From NCBI RefSeq assembly GCF_001194135.2, contig NC_068988.1, forward strand, positions 19,874,745 through 19,928,135: a stretch of 53,391 nucleotides of DNA. Direction: 5' to 3'. Made by a program: the position numbers and the translations under genes. The notes below the pieces were generated by a model. The model saw nothing but the letters and a program-made list of their open reading frames with translations. It made no database searches and was not told the origin of the DNA. Source of the DNA: Octopus bimaculoides. Taxonomy: Eukaryota. This document shows, in pieces, positions 13,395-26,099 of this stretch; the stretch's first letter is position 1; every line of letters begins with the position of its first letter.

Positions 13395-14125
13395 AACATA
13401 TGGAATATGTACACCAGTAAATACTGTATTTAACAATATATTTATCATCAAACAACGGCTTGTAGTAATCGTTCCATTGCTAACATAGATAACAATTCTA
13501 ATATTTGTCACATACCTCAAGGGCACTGCAGGAGTCCGATATTTGATAACCAACCAAGGCATCGCGCGAATGCATTTGAAATTCATCTTTTTTTGTTCAA
13601 GCGGTGATTCGTTAGCGTTAATTGTATCTTGGACAAGAAGGAGACGTTACGAAGGACTTAAGTCTAGTACGTGGAATAAATTTCATGGTAAGGCGAAACA
13701 TGCAAACACACACACACACACAAACACTCACTCTCACAGATGTGGTGGCTGTTAAATCGTCAATGGTTGAAATTTTATATTCAGTTACAGTTTGCTGAAC
13801 ATACTGAGAAGCCTCATATCCAAATCAAGTTGTCCCAAAGAAGAAAAGCAACACCAAGATCACTGGTTTCGCAATGATTCCGGTGCTCTTTATAACAGTT
13901 GATACCACTACTGAGTTCATTCTTCATTGGCTCATTTTTGTTTGACATCTTGCAGGTGTCAATCGAAAACATATGGAATATGTACACCAGTAAATACTGT
14001 ATTTAACAATATATTTATCATCAAACAACGGCTTGTAGTAATCGTTCCATTGCTAACATAGATAACAATTCTAATATTTGTCACATACCTCAAGGGCACT
14101 GCAGGAGTCCGATATTTGATAACCA
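13395..14125. repeat. Perfect 158-bp direct repeat (13395-13552 = 13968-14125) with a 415-bp spacer
   Basis: Base-by-base identity read by eye. Confidence 0.95.
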
Positions 14126-14702
14126 TCCATACCACGAAGTGTTTGTCAAGAGAGTGGGACATCCACAGCCCGATCGCACTACAAGATGTACTACTATACA
14201 GGCTACACGTAACCTCTACACACACACACANNNNNNNNNNNNNNNNNNNNNNNNNNNNNNNNNNNNNNNNNNNNNNNNNNNNNNNNNNNNNNNNNNNNNN
14301 NNNNNNNNNNNNNNNNNNNNNNNNNNNNNNNNNNNNNNNNNNNNNNNNNNNNNNNNNNNNNNNNNNNNNNNNNNNNNNNNNNNNNNNNNNNNNNNNNNNN
14401 NNNNNNNNNNNNNNNNNNNNNNNNNNNNNNNNNNNNNNNNNNNNNNNNNNNNNNNNNNNNNNNNNNNNNNNNNNNNNNNNNNNNNNNNNNNNNNNNNNNN
14501 NNNNNNNNNNNNNNNNNNNNNNNNNNNNNNNNNNNNNNNNNNNNNNNNNNNNNNNNNNNNNNNNNNNNNNNNNNNNNNNNNNNNNNNNNNNNNNNNNNNN
14601 NNNNNNNNNNNNNNNNNNNNNNNNNNNNNNNNNNNNNNNNNNNNNNNNNNNNNNNNNNNNNNNNNNNNNNNNNNNNNNNNNNNNNNNNNNNNNNNNNNNN
14701 NN

Positions 14703-14755
<53 letters not shown>

Positions 14756-15467
14756 CATATACATACATGCTTACGCGTGCACACACTAATTGCATAATCC
14801 TTTTATGATCGCCAAAGTTCCTTGAAAGCATAGTTCATAATTTTGTGTGAATTTCTTATTATATTTCAATATCCGACAAACGCGAAACACAAATTCCAAC
14901 ATCAATTGCTAAGTCCTTTTACGATTTTGTGAATTTATTTGTTGTTTCTCATAGCTCTCTCTCCTTGTGTGTTTTTTCCTTTTGGCGCTGTTCTTTTCTT
15001 TATTTTTATTATACTGACAACATGTTATTCCATGTTATTCCATTATGGTTTTAATAAACAGAATTCCTTAAAAAAAAATACAACAAAGAAATTCAATACC
15101 AACTACTAAAAGAATTGTAATAATGGCACAAACTAAAAGAAAGAAGCAGAAGAATACGACAAAGAGTAGCGAAAAAAATTGAAAAAGTTCATAAAACACA
15201 GATAAAAAAAATCTCCAAATAACGACAAACATAAATATAATACAAATAGCGTCAACATTTAAAACAAAAATATCAAAATGCATTTTTCAACGGCCAGGTA
15301 GTTCATTTCTAATATTTCAATAATTTTAGGAGCACTTTCACTACAAATTTTGTTTCCATTTTAGCTGTTGCAAATTCTATTATGCGTTTTCTTTTTATTT
15401 ATCTGTATTTGTATTTTTCATGTTATAGATGTTTTTTTTTTTATAATTTTAAATATCATCTGATTTC

Positions 15468-15486
15468 TAGATTATTATTATTATTA

Positions 15487-15547
<61 letters not shown>

Positions 15548-15576
15548 CATTATTATTATCATTATTATTATTATCA

Positions 15577-15650
<74 letters not shown>

Positions 15651-15651
15651 T
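15468..15651. repeat. (ATT)n microsatellite with ATC interruptions
   Basis: Direct read of the sequence. Confidence 0.98.
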
Positions 15652-16274
15652 TATATTGCACACACTTAAGATAAACTTGACATCTCGTAGGAAGAGTTCA
15701 GGTACCTAATATTTTATAATTGAATTTCAAACATCCTCGAAAACTGTTAAAATAAAATAATAATAAAAACGTTGTGTGCTCATGAGTGTGCACGTGCGTG
15801 TGTGTCACAGTCGCTGTGATTATGCGTGTGCATATGCGAGTGCGTGTGCCTTTGCCAGTGTGTGGTTGTGTATGCAATAGAGTGAAGGAGAGGGACAGTG
15901 AGAGTTACAATATCAGGGAAGGGACAGAAAGAGACATGAGAGGATAAACGTGATTGTGTACGTATTAATACATCTCTTAATGTGCATGAAAAACAACTGA
16001 CACTGAGAGGGACAGAGGAAGAGAGAGAAGGAAGGGGAGGATGAGAGGCAGACAGGCAGAATGAGATGACGAGGAGAAGGGAGAATAAGATTTAGAGGCA
16101 TAAAAGAAACAAGAGACAGTGATGGACACAGGAAGATTAATGCAAAAGTTGTGTGCTAAAAGGAGAAAGTGTGATTTAAAAAGACAATCCGAAATTGTAA
16201 TAGGGATGCGAAAAAAAAAATCACAAAATGGCTGAATTATAAGACACAAATAGGGAGAAACACCAAGACATAGA

Positions 16275-16278
16275 AATA

Positions 16279-16313
<35 letters not shown>

Positions 16314-16333
16314 GTGTGTGTGGGTGTGTGTGT

Positions 16334-16382
<49 letters not shown>

Positions 16383-16479
16383 TATATATGTATGTATACT
16401 CACACACACATACAGACACATACATACGTATATCGATACATACATAAATATAGCTGTTGATATATATATATATATATAT

Positions 16480-16546
<67 letters not shown>

Positions 16547-16556
16547 CATAGATAGA
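16275..16556. repeat. Compound (AT)n-(GT)n-(AT)n-(GATA)n microsatellite
   Basis: Direct read of the sequence. Confidence 0.97.
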
Positions 16557-17617
16557 AACATAGGAAAGGAAATTAAAAATGACGAAAGGAGACAAAGAGG
16601 GATTCGGGAGCCAAAGCATGAGGGAGATGTCATGAAACAGAAAAGGGAGATGAAATTAGAATTAAGCCTAAATTTGTGAAGAATACAAATAAAAATTTTA
16701 TAACGGTGAAAGGGATATATAACTGTAGAGTTTGAGATAAATACCGGCGGAAATGAAGATAATGTGATAAAAATTAAGAAGTGATATAAGCGTTACAATT
16801 ACGTGAAATGGAAATTTGTCTTGTATGGAGAGCTGGAGTGTCTATCTTATAAGTAGAGTGTTATGAAGATTATGAAACCGCTTAAGACCCATACCCCACG
16901 AAGAAAATGACAACAGCAAAAAAACGAGAAACCGAAAAGAGCAACAGTATTATATTAAACAAGCTCAACTAAGAAGAAAAATATCATGACAGAGAATCAA
17001 CAGAGAGTAGTTGAAATCTTGAATGACAGCTCCCCAAATTCCATTCCGCTTGCCTTTCATTCTTTGGACGCTTCTATTTAATAACTTTAAAACATTGCCA
17101 GCCAACTTGTTAATGATATCTGATTTTCTCTTCCTACACTTCTCCTTCTCCTCCCTCTATCTTCCTCTTTATATAGATAAATGCACACACATACACACAC
17201 CTTCACGCACATACACACTTACGCACACACACGCTTACGCACACACACACACGCTCTATATATTGTTGATATGAATGTGCGGTTTTAGGTATGCACGACA
17301 AATAGCCATTTATTTTGGAGCCAATTGGATCTATTTCTTCAATAAGGTCTCCCAAAAGTATTCTTGTTCCTATATACATAATTATATGATTCAGGGACTG
17401 AGTATCAAGTTACTGTAGAGTATATATAATGATTGGATAACAAGAGTGATTAATTTAATTATTCCATTCCATGACATGAGCTTTAATTGTTCCTAGAACT
17501 ACTTCTTAAGGTGGTTAACTACTAAATGCAAGATGTCACAATAACTATCTCGGTGTATATGTATGTATATATGCATGTGCATGCTTGTTCTCAAATGTGT
17601 CTGTGTGTGCTTGTATA

Positions 17618-18060
17618 TGTTGGACTCTCCTGTCGGTTTCGACGTATGAGCCTCCGACAACGTACTCTTTCTTTGTCAGTCATAATGCTTATGTTCAACG
17701 TGACATTTAAGTCCCACCAAAGATTTGCAAAGAAGGCCACATATATTGCAAGTTAGAGGATTACAGGTCAGTGTAGATGGTATATTTACAGCGGCATTTC
17801 TCGTTTGCCTTGGACCCTGAAACCTGTTAATGCTGGTTGCAACAATGTTTTTAATACCATTTTGACAAAACGACCATCGTTTTGTTCGTACAAAAGCTGT
17901 TCGCTCAAAGGTGTTGTGAGTTATCTTCATCTCTAAGAGATCACTCTTCAGCCTGTCCTTATGTCTGAGCCATGGTCGACAAGCATTCCTGTGACTACTC
18001 TCAAGCTGGCTGTACACGAGATTCTTTGGTCAGTCATTCTGACATGGCCTGCCCAGCGCA
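17618..18060 (-). mobile_element. RTE (BovB-like) LINE 3' end: ORF2 C-terminus, 3' UTR and tail
   Basis: MRWAGHVRM...(frameshift) YSQL...RPWLRHKDRLKSDL...FERTAFVRTKR...CNICGLLCKSLVGLKCH, with the terminal CxxC..H finger typical of RTE ORF2. The 3' end is cgtcgaaaccgacaggagagtccaaca. Confidence 0.85.
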
Positions 18061-18326
18061 TAGAGTGCGGTGAATATATTGTCGTCTAAATTACGCAACA
18101 AGAAAAATAACACATATCATTTCAACAGATATATTTACCAAAATTACGTTAAAATTTCTAGAAATATTAAAGAGTAAATGTATTCACTAAAATCGCCATT
18201 GGTTTCAGCCACGGCATCCAGGCGACCTCGGAATCTCCTGCAACTCTTCTCGACGGTCTCCTTGTTTAAATTGTGAATGCTGCGATAATCCTTGTCTTCA
18301 GTTCATCTTTGGTGTTACAAGATTTG

Positions 18327-18332
<6 letters not shown>
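18061..18332 (-). mobile_element. Tc1/mariner (maT/DD37D-like) 3' end abutting the RTE fragment at a TA
   Basis: Minus strand reads (ERE)TNKSCNTKDELKTRIIAAF/NLNKETVEKSCRRFRGRLDAVAETNGDF. TA|gagtgcggtgaatatattgtcg at 18061 is TIR-like. Confidence 0.75.
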
Positions 18333-18422
<90 letters not shown>

Positions 18423-18490
18423 TCTTTCTCCCTCTCTCTATCTCTCCCTGTCTCTCTCTCCCTGTCTCTTTCTCTCTCTCGCTCGCTCTC
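18333..18490. repeat. (TC)n microsatellite
   Basis: Direct read of the sequence. Confidence 0.98.
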
Positions 18491-19037
18491 TAGCTCACTA
18501 TAAAAAATCCACATCAGGAAAAAGTTTCCTCACTGAACACACTTATTACCTTTACCACATTCTTGCTCTTCTCGCTCTTCATCAACTTTATTTACTGCCA
18601 GTCTTCAACTATGCTTGATCTGCAGAAATTTTCCCTTCGATTTTCCTATTTTGACAGAGGACAAATAACTAAATTATTAATTTCCCTACCCTTCCTTAGT
18701 TTTCCGTTTATATAATTTTGCACACCTGTACAATTTTATTTCTCTTTTGGTTTTCCTCTCCGCTTTGCTACTGTCTAAACTGAATCCACAATTCTTCGAG
18801 GCAGAGTAACCAATTTACCGCTAGTACATTTACATACATGTTACATGTGTATATTAGATTGAGATGAGATGAATCTATATCATTCACTGTTTTACTAAAT
18901 TATCTAGTATATATGTATACAGATATATACTGTGTAAACAACAAACAGTTATATTAGTATAACGCTAGGGAAGTGAAAAAGTCTTTAACGTTTCGAGCCT
19001 ACGCTCTTCCAAAGAATGGAACACAGAAAGAAACAAG

Positions 19038-19076
<39 letters not shown>

Positions 19077-19958
19077 NNNNNNNNNNNNNNNNNNNNNNNN
19101 NNNNNNNNNNNNNNNNNNNNNNNNNNNNNNNNNNNNNNNNNNNNNNNNNNNNNNNNNNNNNNNNNNNNNNNNNNNNNNNNNNNNNNNNNNNNNNNNNNNN
19201 NNNNNNNNNNNNNNNNNNNNNNNNNNNNNNNNNNNNNNNNNNNNNNNNNNNNNNNNNNNNNNNNNNNNNNNNNNNNNNNNNNNNNNNNNNNNNNNNNNNN
19301 NNNNNNNNNNNNNNNNNNNNNNNNNNNNNNNNNNNNNNNNNNNNNNNNNNNNNNNNNNNNNNNNNNNNNNNNNNNNNNNNNNNNNNNNNNNNNNNNNNNN
19401 NNNNNNNNNNNNNNNNNNNNNNNNNNNNNNNNNNNNNNNNNNNNNNNNNNNNNNNNNNNNNNNNNNNNNNNNNNNNNNNNNNNNNNNNNNNNNNNNNNNN
19501 NNNNNNNNNNNNNNNNNNNNNNNNNNNNNNNNNNNNNNNNNNNNNNNNNNNNNNNNNNNNNNNNNNNNNNNNNNNNNNNNNNNNNNNNNNNNNNNNNNNN
19601 NNNNNNNNNNNNNNNNNNNNNNNNNNNNNNNNNNNNNNNNNNNNNNNNNNNNNNNNNNNNNNNNNNNNNNNNNNNNNNNNNNNNNNNNNNNNNNNNNNNN
19701 NNNNNNNNNNNNNNNNNNNNNNNNNNNNNNNNNNNNNNNNNNNNNNNNNNNNNNNNNNNNNNNNNNNNNNNNNNNNNNNNNNNNNNNNNNNNNNNNNNNN
19801 NNNNNNNNNNNNNNNNNNNNNNNNNNNNNNNNNNNNNNNNNNNNNNNNNNNNNNNNNNNNNNNNNNNNNNNNNNNNNNNNNNNNNNNNNNNNNNNNNNNN
19901 NNNNNNNNNNNNNNNNNNNNNNNNNNNNNNNNNNNNNNNNNNNNNNNNNNNNNNNNNN

Positions 19959-19994
<36 letters not shown>

Positions 19995-21237
19995 TGTATG
20001 TATGTATGTATTTATATGTATTCTTATACGTATATATATACGTATAATACATACATAATAGTATGTATATATACACGTATGCACAATATTTGAGTGTGTA
20101 TATGCGTATAAACTTCATGAGACAAGCATCAAATATATTTCCAAATTGTGCTTGTCACCCGTTTTAAATTCAATAATTCCAAACATCGCTTGATACTTTC
20201 GCAATTATCTTCCAAATGCTTTCCTTTCGCATATACTTGCATGTAGAATCGTATAATTTTACACAGAAGTATGTTTATATATGTATATATATATACATGC
20301 ATATATTCATATACGTTAGTACATGCATACATACGTACTTAAAACATACAGCACTTATGCACTCAAATGGCATCAAATATCCATTCATATGCATACGTTC
20401 GTTTATTTCATACAAAACACACGCACAATACATAATGCAAGAAATATGTACACGTTTGGTTGTATAAAAAGTTCATACAATTCAAAACCGAACCGGAGGT
20501 GATTCTGGTGATGCATTAGAAGCAGCTGAAATACTTTAGATTACTTGTATGTAATACATTTATGAATGAAAATTTAACATCAACCTCGTTTTTATCGTGC
20601 GTTCCGTATGTCATGAGCCACCCTCATTTTACTGCTTCGAAGAAATCAGTAATTTTTCCCCTGATGTATAATTTTTATTAACGATTATTATAACAAACTT
20701 TGTGCATCCATTAATGTAACATTAAATCTACTTGTATGTGCAATTCCAAGTGCCTCCTTCCAGGCAGATTTTTCTACTATTTTCCGCAATATTTCATGGC
20801 GGCTTTCTGCATATAGAACTGAATTTACCAATGTGTCTTTTCTGGATGGAAGATGGTATGATTTGATTTGTGGGTAATTTGACTCATTTACAATAGGTCG
20901 AGCTAAGGTCGTTTGCGTAAATAAGATTATCAGGGACATAAAGTGAGTGCCATATATAGATCCAGAAGATGTGGTAATATTTTTTGGGATTTATAGACAC
21001 ACTAATGTCATGTGAAATTTACTATTTTTCAGAAACAAGTCAGCCAGTGATCCCGTGGGTAACATCCGACGACACAGCATCCTTCTGATCAAGGCTTAGG
21101 TACGTAAAGGGAACAAATAGAAATGTCTTCTTTTAGATGTCATGAACTTCTTTTTAAATAACCTTTGTACCCTTTTCAGCATAAAGCTGGAAGAGAATCC
21201 GTCTGTGTAGTGTCCATCCACGGAAGTTATAGTTACA

Positions 21238-21488
21238 CCATGGAGGTGCGTGGCTTAGTAGTTACGGCGTTCGACTCATGATCGGAAGATTGTCGTTTCG
21301 ATTCTTCAACCGGGCGACGCGTCGTGTTCTTGAACAAAACACCTCATTTTATGTTGCTCCAGTCCATTAAGCTGGCAAAAATGAGTAATAATGCGACGGA
21401 CCGGCGTCCCGTCCAGGTGGGGAATACATACGCAATGAAACCGAGATACCGGCCCTTATACGTCGGCATGATTCGAGAAGGTAACTTT
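21238..21488 (+). mobile_element. SINE family D (tRNA-like head, CORE/V-SINE-like body)
   Basis: A box tggcttagtagtt and B box gtttcgattc. 11-bp TSD ttatagttaca (21227-21237 / 21489-21499). Confidence 0.85.
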
Positions 21489-22589
21489 TTATAGTTACAT
21501 GATAATATTTCACCGGGTGGAGACTTATCCTGCTGAGAGTACCCAGTCTATGTGGCTAAGTGACGATTTTCTTCTGTATTGTTTTCTGAATCATAGATTG
21601 ACATTCAGTAGTGTGGAATGAATTATGCATTGCAACATTCATTGAGAAAAATGAGAAAATGTAACATAAAAAATATTCATGAATATAAAAGCATCATGGT
21701 TATATTGACTAAACTGAAAACTTATATTATGGTGTAAAGAGGACCCAAGTTTCAGAATTTTGAATTATTTACCAAAATAAAATTAAAATAAATAAATAAT
21801 AAAGGAAAAGCTTTCCAACTGAGAAATCAAATGATTAGCAGCAAGCAATATCTTACGCAAATCGTTTGGAATAGCTGTGATTCTACAATATATTATTGCT
21901 GAAACTAGGAATGAAAATGTTGCAGCATAATATAGGCTTCAGTAAAATGTAATTATGATATACATTATAGGAATTAATAACATAGAGATTTCATATTCAT
22001 ATATATATATATATATATATATAATTACTATAGTTACGTATAGAACGCAAATAAAATATGCTGTAAAATTAAAGAAACATATATTAAAAGAAATATTAAA
22101 TGATGCAGACTACTCAAATTTCAACTATTTATTTAAAGTCAAACATATATCATGATCAAACTATAATAAATAAACCCTAGCGGTTTACAAAATAACAAAA
22201 TTAAATTTATAGAAAATATGATTAGATGTTTAATTTCTATCGGTAAAATTTCTATCGGTAAATTGAAATTGTTAATAGATTTTCTGTATTGATTAAGTGC
22301 AATTTTTCTTCAATTTACAAGCACATATAAATAGAAAAAAGTGAATATTTTTATAAACAGCAAGTAAATTTATACTCCTGAAACACATAAGTTTATGTAC
22401 ATATTAATCATTCTTTTACAAAGACGCTGAATTAGAAGTTTCGACCTGGTATCCCTCATCAAAACTAGCAGCGAGAAGCGGGAAGGTCAAACTTACCATA
22501 CTTTAAAAAACAAATTGTAAATGCGCACTCTGAAATAAGTATGGTGTAATCTTTCAATTTAGTGTGAAGTCTTTACTGTAACTCGACGG

Positions 22590-23495
22590 AAAAACAAACA
22601 TATATACACAGGCAGTTTGTTTAGCACGTTGGATATCGGATGACTCAGATGGGATAAAATCAGGAGAATAGGGAGAGTGATGAACCAGTGCAAAGCTACA
22701 GTCATGCAAAGCAGCCATTGAAACCAATGTTGTATGTGCTGGAGCATTGTCCTCATGAAACAAGACACCTTTCTTCAGTTTTCCTGGCAGTTTGGTGTTG
22801 ATAGCTTTTCCTAAGGGCCTCAACATGTTGGCGTAGTTATCTTCACTAACAGTGTGACCCTTTTGGAGATAGTGAATAAACACCATGCTTTTGCATCTCA
22901 AAACACTGCGGTCATCACCTTCCAAACAGACGAAATGACCTTGGACTTCTCTGGAGTAGGTGAAGAGGGGTGTTTCTACTGCATGGATGGTCTCTTTGTC
23001 TCTGGTTTGAAGAAGTAATGAATCCATCACTCTTCCAGGCTTTGGAAACAATCAAGGAAAGCAACTGTAGCTGCTCCAAACAATCTCAGATTTTCCTGTG
23101 ATATGATCAGCCTGGTGCGCTTTCGATGAGGCGTCAGAAGACGCGGCACCCACCGAACAGAATCCTTCGTCATGCCAAGTTTATTGTTCAGAATATTCTC
23201 GACTCTCTCAGCAGATATGATAATTGCATAGGCTATTTAGTTTATAGTCAGTCGCCTATCATGCATCACCATGAGATGAACACTATCAATGTTTTCTTCG
23301 GTGGTGGCAGTTGCAGGACTTCCAGACGTTTGGTAATCTTCAAGAATCTCTCTTCCTCTCGCCAATTCAAATCTATAATTTTGCACTGTTGATTAAGCTG
23401 GAACATCATTCCCAAATATAGCAACCGTGTCAGCATGATGGCTAAATCGTTTTCCTGCAGGTATTTCATAACTCTGTGATGCTAAATTTTGTCTC
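22590..23495 (-). pseudogene. Mariner transposase pseudogene (irritans/Himar1-like), most of the ORF
   Basis: N-terminal HRVMKYLQ..., then SARWVPRLLTP, WIH..PETK..SMQ, FIHYLQKGHTV, VLFHEDNAPAH and HHSPYSPDFIPS (DD34D region). Several frameshifts and stops. Confidence 0.92.
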
Positions 23496-23926
23496 TTCTC
23501 AAGAGAAGTTACTATAATTTATTTTAGAAGTCATTTGTTTCTTTGTCCTTTTCCATCCATTTAAACATATAAAAGGCATTTTTTTCATCTACGCATCCAC
23601 ATTTTATATAAGAGGTGAGTTTATTCAGACATATTTTTATAATGCCTAGATTAATAACATCCGTAACATTTATGTATATGTGAAACTGTATCTATGATTA
23701 CATTTATAATTCATTGTAAAATTACAATGTGTTAGTACAAGTATAACATAAAGATGAAGTAATATTCACATATAACTGGCAATATAAGTTACATAAAAAA
23801 ACATACGTGAATTCTCTTAAAAATTCAAATTGGTAAAGTTTACCATTTGTTCGAATTTTAGACATACATCATACATACATATCTATCTAATCTCTCTCTC
23901 TCTCCACACATACACACATACATACA

Positions 23927-23962
<36 letters not shown>

Positions 23963-24533
23963 TATATATGTATGTGTGTGTGCGTGTGTGTGTATGTATA
24001 TATACATACATATCAAATGTACTGTTGTAAATAGAGTTTACTAAACTAATATCATCAAAGATGCTAGCGTATTTTAAGTACGTAAATCGTTCACCAAATG
24101 TGTATTACTAATTAAAACACTAAAGTATAGGGATGCAAATTGTTACATATAGTTAAAAATTGATTGCTAATATAATTTGTTAATTAATATGCATTGATAA
24201 TTAATAATGTAATGCCCAATTTGTGAATTATGCTGGAAAGTTAGTCGGCTTAGAATTACATCAACAAATTATATTCAAATGGTGCTTTGAGAAAAATTAA
24301 CAAAATGAGTTTTGTTAATTCCTCTGTACATAAGTTGCAGTATATTCGTTCTCTAAAATGTTTTTGAAGAGTTTTAACTATATTCACGTAATATAAATTG
24401 ACATTTTCATTTCATTTTCAAAAATAGGTCGGCATATGCGTGACAATCTTTAATGTTAAATCACTGACTGTGAAAGTAAAGTGATATTTTAAACGTATAC
24501 AGAATTAATTCGATTGTCCGCTATTTTCGCATT

Positions 24534-24790
<257 letters not shown>

Positions 24791-25026
24791 TCTTATTGCA
24801 TAAGTGTTTGTAATTATAAAGAGTGCTCCCTAGGATTGATGGAATTATAATCAGGGTATGCTTATTTGAATGATTACATTGAACTAGGTTAGTGATAGTT
24901 ATGTAAAAAGTATGAGTTTTCGAGATATTCCGTGATTCTTTAACAATATTTTGCTTAAATAGGCAGTAATATAAATGCATATTTTAATACTTCTCCTTGG
25001 AAATGATATAAAATATTTACATTAAT

Positions 25027-25246
25027 TATTGTGTGTTCCGAAAGTTCGTGCCGATTTTTAAAGGAAAGAAAAAGGTCAATAAATACTTGCCATTACATTT
25101 TTAATCAACCAAATATGAACCAATTTGTTGCACAATACGTCTCCATCTTGAAATTATTCTCTTCCCAAAATTGAGGTGATTTCATCGCAAATAAGTCGCA
25201 AAGTAAGCTATTATACTTCGGCATAAACTTTCCGGACAACCCAATA
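25027..25246 (-). mobile_element. Internally deleted mariner (MITE-like, about 220 bp) with both TIRs and TA TSDs
   Basis: Left end TAttgtgtgttccg-aaagttcgtgcc versus reverse complement of the right end TAttgggttgtccggaaagtttatgcc. The interior keeps the transposase tail DLFAMKSPQFWE.../RWRRIVQQIGSYLVD*. Confidence 0.85.
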
Positions 25247-25255
25247 GATATCCGT

Positions 25256-25682
25256 GTCAAATTTTGGCACAATGCCAGCACATTCAGGGGACAGGGTAAG
25301 TCGATTATATCGACCCCAGTGCACAACTGGTACTTATTTCATCGACCCCGAAAGTATAAAACACAAAGCCGACTTGCCGGAATTTGAACTCGGTACGTAA
25401 TCACAGGCGTCATGGAATTACGCATTTTATCCGGCGATGTAACGTTTCAGCTAGCTGTGTCAAATATATAGGTTTCAAATTTTGGCACAAGGCCAGCTAT
25501 TTCGGGTCCGGGGTTAGGTCGATTACATCAACCCTATTGTGGAACCGGTGCACATTTTATCGACCCCGAAAGAATAAAAAGTCAAGTCGACTACGATAGC
25601 ATTTGAACTCAAAGCGTAAAGTTGGAAGAAATGCTACTAAGAATTTTTCCTGGCGCGGGATGGTTCTGCCATCTCGCGGCCT
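25256..25682 (-). mobile_element. Two head-to-tail copies of SINE family C (25256-25460, 25470-25682)
   Basis: Each matches the reverse complement of the 46983 copy (caaattttggcacaaggcc...tcgaccccgaaag...ttgaactc...ctgcca). Confidence 0.85.
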
Positions 25683-25759
25683 GTCTATCAAAAATATATA
25701 ATTTACTGGAAAGCGGTTTAGCATATATGCATTATGTATATATGTATGTATATATGTAC

Positions 25760-25885
25760 CTCTTATAATTGCAATTATAATGATAAATATTATTATTACT
25801 ATTGCTATTATTATTATCATTATTATAATTATAATCATTATCATTATTATTATTATTGTTATTATTATTATTTTTATAATTATCA
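25760..25885. repeat. Degenerate (ATT)n
   Basis: Direct read of the sequence. Confidence 0.9.
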
Positions 25886-26099
25886 TATCTGTCTATCTTT
25901 ATGCATATCTATAAATATACACACATAGGCATGTGCATATGTGTGTGATTTATGTACTACAACTTAAACTTCACTGCATTTATATTCTAATCTCCACATC
26001 ATGGTGCTACACTGCGATGTCTTCAAGTCTTTGAGTTATACTTTTCCATTTCCTCATTCTTTTACATTCGCCCACTTTATTTCTAGCAGGATAAAATAA

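Noticed and set aside
13395-14125. TRIM/LTR-retrotransposon interpretation of the 158-bp direct repeat
   Set aside because: The shared unit does not start with TG, and there is no TSD, primer-binding site or polypurine tract.
14900-15460. T-rich / A-rich / T-rich strand switching suggesting a long fold-back element
   Set aside because: I found no alignable inverted repeat; it looks like decayed low-complexity sequence.
16780-16900. LYGELE motif suggesting another RTE fragment
   Set aside because: It is a single short motif with no neighbouring support.
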